The notes beneath the pieces were generated by a model. It saw only the letters and a list, made by a program, of their open reading frames with translations, was not told the DNA's origin and did no database searches. This document shows positions 10,401-21,666 of a stretch of 64,000 bases of DNA, piece after piece (the first letter of the stretch is position 1; each line of letters begins with the position of its first letter). Origin of the DNA: Paramoeba atlantica. Its lineage: Eukaryota > Protista > Discosea. A program made the position numbers and the translations under genes. The stretch covers positions 1 through 64,000 of the forward strand of contig CDRNVI010000007.1 of assembly GCA_977017575.1 (NCBI GenBank), written 5' to 3'.

Positions 10401-11989
10401 ATTAATCAGAGACGGAGGAAAACAAAAGCTTTATCTCTTTTTCTAAACGCCTAAAGTTTCTAAACGCCTAAAATTTGAAGACGTTGACACTAACCGGTCA
10501 ATTGCATCACAAACGTTTATTTTTACACACACTGAAAGTTGCTTAGTGCGCTCTCTAAGGTTCTCTGAAGTTTGTATGTCAACGTTCAACTTTTCAGTAT
10601 TTGGCGGTGTGTGCACCCAAGAAAATTGTAGATTAACATGGATTCTCCGTTTGTGAAAAACACGGGGCCAGATTCCTTAGTAGAAAACAATTCAGCGAAC
10701 AGCAATGGCTGCAGCTGACACCAGCTAATTTTTCAGAGAAGAGCAATTTTTGCCGAGCCAAACCTTCGGGCGACAGAATAACACTTATTGGTGATTCGTA
10801 AGAGGCTTTGACGGACACTTTATATTGTATATTATTGTATAAAAGGTAGACGGCCTTCTCATGATCTTCCACGATTTGATTTCCAATAGAGCAGTGTTCC
10901 TGCCCCTTCGTCTCCACAAACGTGATTACGCGCTGATTTCGACGATTTTCTTCTTGATCAGCGATGCGCTGCGGGGAAAAATAAAAACCAAGACCCTGGT
11001 CCGAAGCGGGGTCCAAACGTTTCGGGAACATAGAAATAATGTACTTCAGAAAAATTTGAAAAGCTATGACTCTGAACAAAATTATAAATTTTTGCGAAAA
11101 AATACCGAACGTCATTTATTAAAATTAATGAGAGGGGGTGTACGTAAAACAGCATAGTAAGGGGCAGACGTTAGTTCTTAGTGCGCGCCCCCACGTTCCC
11201 CTTTTTCCATGTCGGGAACAAAGTACGTATAAAAAATCACACTCGTTGACGGGTCAACGAAGTAGAGACATAGCCTGGTTTTTTGCTACTATTTTTTATT
11301 CGAAAAAAGAAAAAAGAAAAGTGACATACCCACTTTTCCGAAATAGTCTTATCTCTGCACTATAAGTGAATGAATATTAAGCTGGCATATAGCCCTAGTT
11401 TCATTTTTTGATCCCCATGTCATGAGGATCGATTTAATTTACATAAAAAACGACCTGTGAACGGGTAGCCAGGGAAGTAAGAAAGGCTCGAAACAAGGCG
11501 CGAAGACGAATCGGTAGGCTGAAAGGATATCTTGTCCCGATGAGGCCGTTTCTCTTCGCTTTTCCGGGGATGATACCCCGAGCTTTTCCCTGTGTCGCCG
11601 CAGAAGGCGAAAAGGTCCGGAAGGGAGCGTTGACTGCGCCCACCCTTGCTGTATCTAAATATCTCTGCAAGTCATGCCCTGCATGAAAAAACAGGTCTAA
11701 TTGGTCAATTCTGATACTAGTAACGAAATTTTACAAAAAAATGTTATTTTTACGTGAAAACGTGCAACTCACCATTCTCAGAATTGTGTCTCTTCCTGTA
11801 TTGTAGTAGAATGAAATTTACTTACTGTAGATTTTTTTTTGTAAACTGCAGAAAGGGTTCTCCGCTTATTTTTCAAACCGCAGTTTCGATCCACATACTT
11901 CAGCCCCTGCTGTAAGGTTTCTTGTCTGTAAATCCTTCTACTTAATAGAATCTCATTCGTCTTACTTTTGTACATGGACACATTATGAC

Positions 11990-14152
11990 ATGGCGCTGGA
12001 TGACGTGATCGACAGCCCGTTTCCCTTACACTATGCCATACTGGGTGGACTCTACTCAAAGACATCCAATTACTCTCGGTTTGACGCCAAAGAAGATTCT
12101 CGTAGAGGGGTTCACACTGTATGGATTCCGGAAAGCCTTTTAAAAAACCAGAAAATTGTTCTAGCATGTACGCCTCCGCTCGTCAACAGTGCACACAAAC
12201 GCCGTTCATGGCGCACTTTGTGGTCCGTGATGTCATATCGTCCGACAAGCCCGAAAAATTTCCTCTCTAATATGACCCAAAAGCGATGCAGAACGGCAAC
12301 CGAAAACGTGGTTCCTTGGCAAGCTATCGAGGTGCCGATCGACGCCATCACAGGAATCGACTATCACAACGCCCTTTTGCAGGGTAGGATTTGCTTCGAA
12401 ATCGAGCGATATACCCTCCGCGAGTTTCCCTCCGAAGAAAGCTTGTTTGCCTTTTATTGCCCATCCTCCGCGAAAATGACAGCACCACTCACCAAGCCTC
12501 TGGGAAGAACAACCTGGCCCACCCACCCCCTCACGGAGCCCAAACGCTATCGCTATGACACCTTCTCACGCAGTCTCCCCGATTTCGACAACCCCACCGA
12601 TTTCTTCTGTGAACCCTATCGCAGCCCCACCTCACACAGCACAAAGCAACACACCTCCGAATCACCTCCGAAACCCAACCACTCTAACAAGCCCACCCAA
12701 CCGGACACCACCACAAATCCCAATAGTACGGTTACCCAAAACACCCCTATTCTGGAATCCACCCCACGTTATCCCCCAACCCTGTGTTGCGCCTCCTCCC
12801 CTACAGTCTCCCCCAACCACGAATCTTTCCCCTCCCCTACGCTCTCCAAGGTCTCTACGTCGAAAGTCTCCCCTTCCTCCCCTACGATCCCCAAGGTCTC
12901 TACGTTAAACGTCTCCCCTGAAAAGACTTCCTCCCCTACGCTCTCTAAGACCTCTCCACCCCCTTCCACCCCTACGATCTCCAAGGCCTCTACGTCTAAG
13001 GCCTCCCCTTCCTCCCCTACGCTCTCTATGGTCTCTCCCCCCCCTGCCCCCCCTGCGCTCTCTAAGGTCTCTACGTCTAACGTCTCTACGTCTCAGGCCT
13101 CCCCTCCCCCCCCTCTACCCTCTAACGTCTCCACGTCTGTGGCTTCCCCTCCCCCCCCTCTACCCTCTCACTTCTCTCCCCCCTCCACGGCCTCCCCCTC
13201 CCCCACGCTCCTCCAGCTCCACTTCCACGACCCCTCCCCCGCCCCCCTCCTCCTGCGCGCCCTCCTCCTGGCCCACGACCCCCACCCCGGCTCCCTCCTC
13301 GCCCTCCACCACGCCGGCCTCCCCCCCTGGACCCGCGCCCTCGCCCGCGCCGGCCTCCCCTACCGCCCCGCCCTGCGCCACGCCGCCCACGCCCTGCTCG
13401 GGGTCTACCCCCTGCTCTCCCTGGGCTGCGGCCTCTACGACGTGTACGCCCGCGTAGGGGGCCGGGGGCTGCCCTACGGCAGGGCAGTGGTCGGGGGGCT
13501 GGGGAGGGTGGGGGCAGCGGTAGGGGAGGGGGGGGAGACGGTGGCGGGGTGGGGCAGGGGGGTGCTGGAGACCGTGGTCGGGGGGGTGGTAGGGGTCGGG
13601 GGACCGTTGGAGGGGGTGGTGGAACAGGTGAGGGGGGTGGTGTGGGGGGTGTGGGCGGTGGGGTGGGTAGCGGTGAGGGTGGTGGGGGTTTTGGTGTATG
13701 TCCCCACGAGGGTGGCGGTGTTTCTGGTGTATTTTGTGTTTTACCCGAATGTGTCGTTTTTGTGGGAGGAGGGGTCGAGTGGGGTGCGAAATGCGTCGAG
13801 TTCCATGCCGCTGTTGTGGAAGGTGTATGAGTTTTGGTTCACCGTGGCGCGTCCGGTGAAGAATATTGTCAAAGGTCTCTATGATGCGGTGCTTCACCTG
13901 GGACAGTACATTGTGCGACACCGGATCACGCTTCGGCATAGAATCGCACGCTCCCAGCCACGAAATACGTTTTCTCGGTTCCTGCGGGACGTGGGGATGC
14001 CGTGTGTGTTGCTTCTGATCGGGACGTCCATCTTTGTGTCGGAAACCGTTGCGAGTTGCGTTGTAGTGGTGGCCGCGCTGGGGGTGTTCTTCACTGTTTC
14101 TTGGATGGTAAATAGGTTTCCTTCCCTGAATGGTAAAATGAAGAGGTTGTGA
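11990..14152 (+). CDS. Conserved-type hypothetical membrane protein with a Pro/Ser-rich linker
   Basis: 720-aa ORF; W....GLPYRP.LR......LS..CG.YD.Y segment resembles an uncharacterised eukaryotic family (from memory); C-terminal hydrophobic helices. Confidence 0.7.
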   Translation: MALDDVIDSPFPLHYAILGGLYSKTSNYSRFDAKEDSRRGVHTVWIPESLLKNQKIVLACTPPLVNSAHKRRSWRTLWSVMSYRPTSPKNFLSNMTQKRCRTATENVVPWQAIEVPIDAITGIDYHNALLQGRICFEIERYTLREFPSEESLFAFYCPSSAKMTAPLTKPLGRTTWPTHPLTEPKRYRYDTFSRSLPDFDNPTDFFCEPYRSPTSHSTKQHTSESPPKPNHSNKPTQPDTTTNPNSTVTQNTPILESTPRYPPTLCCASSPTVSPNHESFPSPTLSKVSTSKVSPSSPTIPKVSTLNVSPEKTSSPTLSKTSPPPSTPTISKASTSKASPSSPTLSMVSPPPAPPALSKVSTSNVSTSQASPPPPLPSNVSTSVASPPPPLPSHFSPPSTASPSPTLLQLHFHDPSPAPLLLRALLLAHDPHPGSLLALHHAGLPPWTRALARAGLPYRPALRHAAHALLGVYPLLSLGCGLYDVYARVGGRGLPYGRAVVGGLGRVGAAVGEGGETVAGWGRGVLETVVGGVVGVGGPLEGVVEQVRGVVWGVWAVGWVAVRVVGVLVYVPTRVAVFLVYFVFYPNVSFLWEEGSSGVRNASSSMPLLWKVYEFWFTVARPVKNIVKGLYDAVLHLGQYIVRHRITLRHRIARSQPRNTFSRFLRDVGMPCVLLLIGTSIFVSETVASCVVVVAALGVFFTVSWMVNRFPSLNGKMKRL

Positions 14153-14377
14153 GAGTGGATTTTAGCTTCCTTCTTTCGTGTATGAATGTATGCAATATTA
14201 TAAAACTAGAAACTGTCATCGGTTACCGTGGCTATTATTTCTTGAACGCACCAGTTTTACACACGGTTACGGTTTTCTTGTATGAAATCTTTGGTCTTTA
14301 GTTGGGAGACTGGGAAGGCAGACATCTGGCGCGAGAACATTGTTCCCGAGATAATGAGGTGATGGGATTAGGGTAAG

Positions 14378-17300
14378 GTGATGTGTAGCGTTCGAGACCT
14401 CTCCCCTGAAGCAGACGCCTATGATCTGTTTTCCGCCAGCTCCGAGTCCGACAACAACGCTTTTGATGAAGAGAGAAGCAATGCCTCGTTTGTATCGTAT
14501 AGTGAAATTCCAGGAACACAGCACTTCTGCCGAGCCTTCAACGCCACATCGGAACCTGTAGATTCGTTTCCTCAACAGAACCAGCAGCATGAGCAAGTAT
14601 TCCGGAACCAGGATAGTGAAGAGTTGTATGCCCCAGCTCATGACTTCGGTGAAGACTTCCTTGCAAGTAAATGCTCGCCTCCTTTCGTAGATGCCGACAC
14701 CTTGGACGACCCTCTTTATGAAAGCGACGATTTGATCTCTACCGATTCTCTCAATTTTGATCTATTAAGGAGAGGATTAGCGAGTCCTTCACCAGCTGCA
14801 ACAGAGGCGGATCAACCGGATGAGAAAGTAGAACAAAGGATATCCGTTGTAGGTAATGACGAGACAATCAACGAGAAAATACGGTCATCAGATTCTCCCG
14901 TAATAAGTCCTAATGTACAAAGGCGTAAAACGTATTTGAAATCTGAGATAGAGATCAAACCCTTGGAGTCAATCCTGAGTCAACTTGATTTGAATTTCCT
15001 TACCCGGTATGGGCTTTCGACTTCAGTGGCTCGTGCGTATTTTAATAAATTTGGTATAAAGAGTTTGTATCCATGGCAGAAATCCTGCCTTGAGGAGTGT
15101 TCTGGAGTATTGCAGGGTGAAAATCTTGTCTATAGTGCCCCAACGAGCGGAGGTAAAACCCTAGTCGCAGAGATCGTAATGATTAAACGGGTCACCGAGC
15201 TGCGAAGGAAGGCGCTGTTTGTTCTTCCCTACGTCGCCGTTGTGGAAGAAAAGGCCTCGTATTTCACCTCTCTGCTCGAGCAAACCGACCTTTTGGTCAG
15301 TTGTCACGCTGGAAGACGATCGATCCGTCGAACCTTTGGTGACATTGTCGTGTGCACTATTGAGAAAGCAAACGCCTACGTTAACGATCTGATTTCCAAA
15401 TCTAAACTGGATCAAATTGCGACGGTGATCATTGATGAGGCGCATATGATGGAAGACACCTCACGGGGGTATATTCTCGAACTCCTCCTCACCAAACTTA
15501 TTTACGCCTCCAAAGAGATTGATCTTCAGCTTCTCGTCTTGAGCGCAACGCTGCCGAATGCGTGGGAATTGGCGAACTGGATTGGAGAAAAAACACATTA
15601 CTTTGCCACCGATTTCCGACCGGTACCTTTAAAACAGTACGCCAAGGTGGGAGAAAGCATCCTGGACACCGAGCTCAACACAGTACGATCCGTTTTGGGG
15701 CTGTCTCGCAAGGATACCGATGGTCTTGGAACGCTTGTCGCGGAGGTCGTCAAGCAGGGGCACCAAGTTCTCGTCTTTTGTGCCACAAAACGACTCTGTG
15801 AGGCCACAGCGACTCATCTCAGTGACCTTATCTCCGCGCACGGCACAGAGTTTGGTGCCTCTTCCACGCAATTGCATGCAAATGAATTATTTTCCAAACT
15901 CCGACATGTTCCCGGGGGTATTGAGCCATTGCTTGAGAAAGCTCTTCACCAAGGGGTAGGGTATCACCACGCAGGACTTACCCTCGAGGAACGGGAGGCT
16001 CTGGAACACGGCTACCGCTCGGGGCTCGTCAAAGTACTCTGCAGCACCACAACTCTCGCTGCCGGGGTGAATCTCCCGGCCCGACGTGTGATTTTTCGTT
16101 CTCTGCGTGTCGGGATGGAACAGCTGGATATTATTTGCTACCGCCAGGCCTGTGGTCGTGCCGGACGCGCTGGGCTGGATACCGTAGGGGAGTCCTATTT
16201 AATGGGAAAGGAGAATGATAAAGGGATTGTGGCAGGGTTGCTACAGGCCGCCCTTCCGCGAATCCAATCCGCACTTCGCCCGGAGCGCTGTGGGCTCACG
16301 CGCGCGCTGCTGGAGGCCGTCTCTCTAGGTCTCGTCCGCACGGTGTATGACATCCAGGGGTTTATTACGAAAACGTTTTTCAGTCACCAGAGCGGATATG
16401 CGGAGGTGCATGCAGAGGCACAGCACGCGCTACGGTTCCTAGAGCAGTGGAAAGTGATCCAGTGGCTTCGCACGCCGAAGCTGTTTGAGTCTTCCTTGTT
16501 AGGAGCGGCATGTGTCGCAGCTTCGATACCTCCTGAACAGGCCATAACCACCTTTAAGGAGCTGGAAAGGGCTAGAGAAAACTTCGTTATCTCGGACGAG
16601 CTTCACCTCCTGTATTTTGTGGTTCCCAGCGGGCAGCTAATGGATCCACCCTGGGGTCGGTACTACACTGATGTTTATCAGCACATCTCGCATAGCCATT
16701 GCAAAACAGCCATTGCCCTGGGCGTCGACGAATCCCTTTTATTGCGCATTGAGAGAGTGGGCCTACCGAAAGAAACGGGAAACAAAACGTTAGAAAAGGG
16801 CGTAAAGCAGAAAATACACACATTACGCCGGTTTTACGTGGCACTCATTCTCCAGGACGTCGTTTCCGAAATGGAATTAGCCGCTTTGTCCTCAAAATAC
16901 GGAATATCAAGGGGTGAGATACAGAAACTTATGGAAACGGCAAGCACGTACTGCTCCATGCTAAGCACTTTTTGTGAGAAATTGAATTGGTGGCTTTTTG
17001 CATCAGCGTTCGATAAAGTCACGCAGAGACTTAAACTCGGGGTTCAAAACGAGCTGCTGAACGTGATCCAGATTCCATCTTTAAGACCATGGAGGGCCCG
17101 TTTATTATACAAAAAAGGGTATCGTTCTCTGGAAGAGATCGCCACTGCGGAAGTGGAAGACGTAGAAAATATATTTCGCTCTGTACTTCCTTTCGATGCA
17201 ACTGAATCGGCGCGAAAAACTGAAGCTCGTCAGGCCGCAACGTTAATTCAGGATGCACGTCGAATTCTGCACCAGGAAGCACTGGATTTAAAGAATGCTT

Positions 17301-19402
17301 CAGAAGGGGTTTCTAGTCCATTACGATCGCGGGATGTTGCAGCTTCAGAAAGCATTATGCGTGCGCCCAAGCGGACCAGGAATAGATCTCTGTCGAGAGA
17401 AAGAGAAGAAAACGACTACTCCGAAAGCAGTAGTACCTTCTCAGGAGACAAAGAAGGGTCCAATTCTGATGCAATCTTGAGTTTTGGAAGCGATGATGAG
17501 GCGTTCACAGGAGGTGTGCACCCCCGGTTAGAAAGCGAATCAGACATTTCCATATCAAACCATATCAACAATGTGCTCAAGTTTAGCTACACTGCTTTGT
17601 CAGAAATATTGGAGAGAGTAGATTCCGCAAACGCAGTTGGCATTCACCTAAACCTGCATCGAAATGACTGCCACTATGAGAATATGCTTTCTTTTTCGGT
17701 AACCAAAACCGATGGCGATGCATTCGTTGCCCTGGTTGACACAAACAACCGAGAAATCGTGGCGCAATACTTGTTAAGCTGGCTTCAAAATTCTACTTGC
17801 GCAAAGTTCTGCTTCCACTGGAAAGAACAGCTGAAATCGCTATACTCGTTCTTTCAGTTGAACCCATACACGGTCCCTGAGTTTAGTAATGTATTCGACA
17901 TCCATGTTGCCTGCGGACTTATACATCCGTCGAACACGACAGAAGAACCTTCCCTGGAAAATATTCTGACTTATTTTCCTACGCCATTGTCACGCATTGC
18001 GTATAAACCGTACGATTGTGTTGGAAATCAGTCCAACGCTAAGCACGGAGATATGTCTTTTTCGCATTCGCGAGGCAGTCGCACTGCGTTTCTTTCACTC
18101 ATCATTGGAAAAAGAATGCAGCGACTTATGAAATTGCGAAATTTGACCGACGCGTTTCAGTCTTTTGAAATGCCGCTCGTAGAAATATTGGCTGCAATGG
18201 AATGGAGAGGGATCGCGTTCAGTGCTGACAACTACAACTGGATTGCGTGGCAAATGAAAAAACGAGTAGAACGTCTTCTCGCAGTTCCCGGCCCATCAGA
18301 ACAGTCGCACAGCACGGTAAGATGTCGATCCCGCAATAGTATTCATGTAACTTCCGTTGAAAAGCGGCACCAAAGTGGGCGTAGGAAACTGAAATCTTCG
18401 TACTCTGGTGATAAATTGCTACACGTCTTGAAGGAGTACAATGTCCTTACCGGTTGGCTACAGAATTACATTATTCCTTTACCTCGAAAATGTAGTGCTG
18501 ATGGGAGACTACATGGAGAATTTCTTCAAAGTGGAACTGTTACCGGACGGTTGAGCATGTCGGAGCCTAATTTGCAAACGATTCCTCACGCGAAGTTGTT
18601 CAATTTCGATGAAAAAGAAGTCACGGTCGACTTGAGACGCTCTTTTTTAGCATCTAAAGGTTCTATTTTTCTTTCTGTAGATTACTCACACGTGGAGCTT
18701 CGCGTACTCGCTCATTACAGCGACGATATTCAGTTAAAAAACCAACTTCTAGCAAAAGAAGACATATTTTCAGTGCTCGCATGCGAAATTATGCATTGCA
18801 CATCACCGGATGCTGTGACCTTTGAAGAACGTCGCAAAGTAAAGACGGTGTGCTATGGCATAATTTATGGTAGAGGAAAAAAGTCACTTGCCAAAGAACT
18901 GGAAATCACAGTAGAGGAAGCACATTCTTTGATTGATAAATTTACCTATTCCTACCCTGCGATTGAATCATGCAAAACGCAAATATTGAATCAATGTCGC
19001 AAGTCGGGTTATGTGGAGACATTTTCCCGGAGGAGGAGGTACTTAGCTGACATCAATTCACGTAACGAAACTAGGAAGAGAGCTGCAGAAAGAACAGCTA
19101 TCAATACTGTATGTCAGGGCTCTGCGGCAGATATTATGAAGCTAGCGATGCAAAAGGTTTTCCTTTTATTAAAAGAAGCCGTTCTAGTAGACGTGAACGG
19201 ATCCCTCTCGTCATCAATTGTGTGTGACATTCCATGGATCGTTCTGCAGATACATGACGAACTTTTATTAGAAGTACCGATTGAACGAGCTGCCTATTGG
19301 AGAGATCGCATACAAAGTGTTATGCAAAGTACTACTGAGCTCTCTGTGCCTCTCCCAGTTCATGCTTCTTTGGGGTTAACTTGGTCAGATGTTCGTACTT
19401 GA
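14378..19402 (+). CDS. POLQ: DNA polymerase theta (Ski2-like helicase plus family A polymerase)
   Basis: SAPTSGGKT, DEAH, LSATLPN, HHAG, TLAAGVNLPA and GRAGR helicase motifs; TGRLS..PNLQ, DYSHVELR, KTVCYGIIYG and LQIHDEL polymerase motifs. Confidence 0.97.
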   Translation: MMCSVRDLSPEADAYDLFSASSESDNNAFDEERSNASFVSYSEIPGTQHFCRAFNATSEPVDSFPQQNQQHEQVFRNQDSEELYAPAHDFGEDFLASKCSPPFVDADTLDDPLYESDDLISTDSLNFDLLRRGLASPSPAATEADQPDEKVEQRISVVGNDETINEKIRSSDSPVISPNVQRRKTYLKSEIEIKPLESILSQLDLNFLTRYGLSTSVARAYFNKFGIKSLYPWQKSCLEECSGVLQGENLVYSAPTSGGKTLVAEIVMIKRVTELRRKALFVLPYVAVVEEKASYFTSLLEQTDLLVSCHAGRRSIRRTFGDIVVCTIEKANAYVNDLISKSKLDQIATVIIDEAHMMEDTSRGYILELLLTKLIYASKEIDLQLLVLSATLPNAWELANWIGEKTHYFATDFRPVPLKQYAKVGESILDTELNTVRSVLGLSRKDTDGLGTLVAEVVKQGHQVLVFCATKRLCEATATHLSDLISAHGTEFGASSTQLHANELFSKLRHVPGGIEPLLEKALHQGVGYHHAGLTLEEREALEHGYRSGLVKVLCSTTTLAAGVNLPARRVIFRSLRVGMEQLDIICYRQACGRAGRAGLDTVGESYLMGKENDKGIVAGLLQAALPRIQSALRPERCGLTRALLEAVSLGLVRTVYDIQGFITKTFFSHQSGYAEVHAEAQHALRFLEQWKVIQWLRTPKLFESSLLGAACVAASIPPEQAITTFKELERARENFVISDELHLLYFVVPSGQLMDPPWGRYYTDVYQHISHSHCKTAIALGVDESLLLRIERVGLPKETGNKTLEKGVKQKIHTLRRFYVALILQDVVSEMELAALSSKYGISRGEIQKLMETASTYCSMLSTFCEKLNWWLFASAFDKVTQRLKLGVQNELLNVIQIPSLRPWRARLLYKKGYRSLEEIATAEVEDVENIFRSVLPFDATESARKTEARQAATLIQDARRILHQEALDLKNASEGVSSPLRSRDVAASESIMRAPKRTRNRSLSREREENDYSESSSTFSGDKEGSNSDAILSFGSDDEAFTGGVHPRLESESDISISNHINNVLKFSYTALSEILERVDSANAVGIHLNLHRNDCHYENMLSFSVTKTDGDAFVALVDTNNREIVAQYLLSWLQNSTCAKFCFHWKEQLKSLYSFFQLNPYTVPEFSNVFDIHVACGLIHPSNTTEEPSLENILTYFPTPLSRIAYKPYDCVGNQSNAKHGDMSFSHSRGSRTAFLSLIIGKRMQRLMKLRNLTDAFQSFEMPLVEILAAMEWRGIAFSADNYNWIAWQMKKRVERLLAVPGPSEQSHSTVRCRSRNSIHVTSVEKRHQSGRRKLKSSYSGDKLLHVLKEYNVLTGWLQNYIIPLPRKCSADGRLHGEFLQSGTVTGRLSMSEPNLQTIPHAKLFNFDEKEVTVDLRRSFLASKGSIFLSVDYSHVELRVLAHYSDDIQLKNQLLAKEDIFSVLACEIMHCTSPDAVTFEERRKVKTVCYGIIYGRGKKSLAKELEITVEEAHSLIDKFTYSYPAIESCKTQILNQCRKSGYVETFSRRRRYLADINSRNETRKRAAERTAINTVCQGSAADIMKLAMQKVFLLLKEAVLVDVNGSLSSSIVCDIPWIVLQIHDELLLEVPIERAAYWRDRIQSVMQSTTELSVPLPVHASLGLTWSDVRT

Positions 19403-19570
19403 GATTCTTACATACCAGGACCCCTCTGACTTGCCCTACCTAACATTCCCGTTTTCGGGATATGTCGCGAGGTAGTCCTCTGGCCCGGGGCTATATGTTT
19501 TACTTTTTTTAAAGACTTTTTGTTGCACTGGAGGAACTGCAGGTGTGATATCACATGATCTCACGTGATC

Positions 19571-19661
19571 TCGCTTATAATACTAGCGATTTAGTTTTAG
19601 CGATTTATTGTACCGACTTATCGTCGCTTATGTTGTACTAGCGATTTTGTTCTAGCGATTT
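19571..19661. repeat. About 53-bp tandem duplication with four TAGCGATTT motifs
   Basis: tcgctta..tactagcgattt.gtt.tagcgattt occurs twice. Confidence 0.6.
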
Positions 19662-19692
19662 GGCAAGTTACTAAAACGTCATCTACATTTGT

Positions 19693-20583
19693 ATGGGTAT
19701 GTTTCTCAACGACATCCTTCGCATTGACGCCGCGGATGATCAACCACGACCCCGTCGAGCTCAGGAGGCGCACAAATCTTTGCTTGCCATAGAACTACAG
19801 CTTGACGCCTTTCTCTCCGGCATATTTTGTGGTAAGCACTCGTCATGGAACACAAGCGTACCCGGGTGTAACTGGTATGGAGTTCAGTGTGATGCATTTC
19901 AAATGGCACGTAAGATTGACTGGCGAGGCTGTATTTTGGGTGGTATCCCTAGTTGGGAAAACCTTCCCGGGACACTCAGTTGGTTTCTTTTAGGCTCAAA
20001 TTGGGGATTGAACAGCAGATGCAGTGGTGAAGTTTCTTTTGATGCCCTACCTCGAGGACTTACTTGTCTCGACTTGGGAAAAAATCAGTTTTCTGGCCCA
20101 ATTGTTACAGAAGATCTCCCTAATGCATTAGAACGACTTTTGCTCAACAACAATCATTTCTCGGGAATGATAGACTGGAGTACACTTCCACAGGGTTTGC
20201 GCAAGATTGATATCAATGGAAATGATCTCAATGGGACGCTTACCTGTGCCTCCCTTCCTCCTAATTTACGTAGTGTTGATATATCCAATAACATGTTCGT
20301 CGGAGAGTTGGCATTAGAAGAACTTCCAGCTTCGTTGTTCTTATTTAAAGCACAAAACAATTCGTTTACAGGAACACCACGATTTGACAAACTTCCACCG
20401 ACGATATCGTGCCTACAACTTCGACGTAATCGTCTCAGTGGACATGTAGATTTCTCCCATCTGCCTCGCGGAATGAGTGTGTTGTCGCTTGAAAATAACT
20501 GTATTGAGTCTTGTGTCCCGCATCGCTTTCCCAAGTGTGTTTCTTTATTTTGGAATCCTGCATGGAAGTCGAGTTATTATTAA
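19693..20583 (+). CDS. Leucine-rich repeat protein (paralog of 7289..8128)
   Basis: WNTSVPGCNWYGVQC cap; LP..L..L.L..N.F.G repeats. Confidence 0.9.
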   Translation: MGMFLNDILRIDAADDQPRPRRAQEAHKSLLAIELQLDAFLSGIFCGKHSSWNTSVPGCNWYGVQCDAFQMARKIDWRGCILGGIPSWENLPGTLSWFLLGSNWGLNSRCSGEVSFDALPRGLTCLDLGKNQFSGPIVTEDLPNALERLLLNNNHFSGMIDWSTLPQGLRKIDINGNDLNGTLTCASLPPNLRSVDISNNMFVGELALEELPASLFLFKAQNNSFTGTPRFDKLPPTISCLQLRRNRLSGHVDFSHLPRGMSVLSLENNCIESCVPHRFPKCVSLFWNPAWKSSYY

Positions 20584-21030
20584 CATTGCAATGTGAGTCC
20601 AACTGTTTGTTTTGACTCTGTGATAACTTCCAAGTCTCTTCTTCAAATGCTGTAACCTTTTTTAACCGTTGTATCTACCTGAACCAGCGATGAAGTGACC
20701 TTTTGGGGAGACGGAACCACAATGACGGGTTGATGAGGTACAAATTTTGTAGAACGTACTTGTCATTGAAGCTCGAATAAGAAAGGGCCTGTGGGTATAA
20801 AAAATTACAACATGTCGGACATCAAGCCATGTAATATACAACTTTGCGATTGGTTGAATGTTTGCAGTGTATCTCACAAAAAATAGGAATTCTGAGTTTT
20901 GAGCTAATTTTTGATACCCCCGTTACTTCGGACGGCAAGAAAATTTTAAAAAGTAAAATGTCATTAAGATTCGTAAGAATAGGAAGAGCTAGGTTTAAAG
21001 ATGATTAGTTTTATATAACAGCCCATCTCC

Positions 21031-21666
21031 ATGGCCTTTTTTGAAGCGTTTGTTCAATCTGTTCCAACGTCCGAATCGTCAGAAGCGGATGGTTCAGGCT
21101 TCAATAAACCAGTTGCAAGAATAAAAAAGCCTGAAATTTCCCCTCAAGTAACGAGACGTTCATTCTCCATTCATTGTCGAAATCAGGGGGCATTGAAACC
21201 TCCTTCGATCCCCCCATTGGAGCTTCACACGCTTACTGTAGAAAAAGATCTGCAGGATTCCTTAATGAGTACTGAAATAACTTCCGTGCAGCATTCTAAG
21301 TGGAATTTTGAGGACGGTGTGGAACTGCTCCCCAGCAAAGCCTCGACAACTTTTTCGAATTCCGCTTCCCCATCTTTCGAAAATTTCCTTAGTGACGATA
21401 TGATACAAAGCCTTCTTACGGTTGAAAAGGAAGAAATGGTACTTGAAGAAATGACTCAAATCCATACTTTCTCGGAGGCAGGAACATCGTTTAGAGAACA
21501 ATCGGATAGGCATCCTAATCCCGAAAGCTTAAATGCGTGTATATCCCGCGACCTTATCGGTGAAAAGCATTCACATACAAAAAGCTTTGAGTACCGCATG
21601 ATGTCGCTTGAGGTGGGAGGAGGTGAAGCAGATTTTCTAATGGATTCAGATAAAGATTCTGATTAA
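21031..21666 (+). CDS. Hypothetical acidic protein
   Basis: 211-aa ORF on the host strand; no family recognised. Confidence 0.5.
   Translation: MAFFEAFVQSVPTSESSEADGSGFNKPVARIKKPEISPQVTRRSFSIHCRNQGALKPPSIPPLELHTLTVEKDLQDSLMSTEITSVQHSKWNFEDGVELLPSKASTTFSNSASPSFENFLSDDMIQSLLTVEKEEMVLEEMTQIHTFSEAGTSFREQSDRHPNPESLNACISRDLIGEKHSHTKSFEYRMMSLEVGGGEADFLMDSDKDSD

Larger units (their letters stand above)
8836..10480 (-). mobile_element. Degenerate pogo/Tigger-like DNA transposon
   Basis: Pseudogenised DDE_1 transposase; TA followed by CAGTATAATGAACC (pogo-like terminus, tandemly duplicated) at 8836 and 8853; the other terminus was not found. Confidence 0.7.

Noticed and set aside
10633-11115. 160-aa minus-strand ORF
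   Set aside because: No recognisable motif, opposite to the gene strand, overlapped by other short ORFs; possibly TE debris
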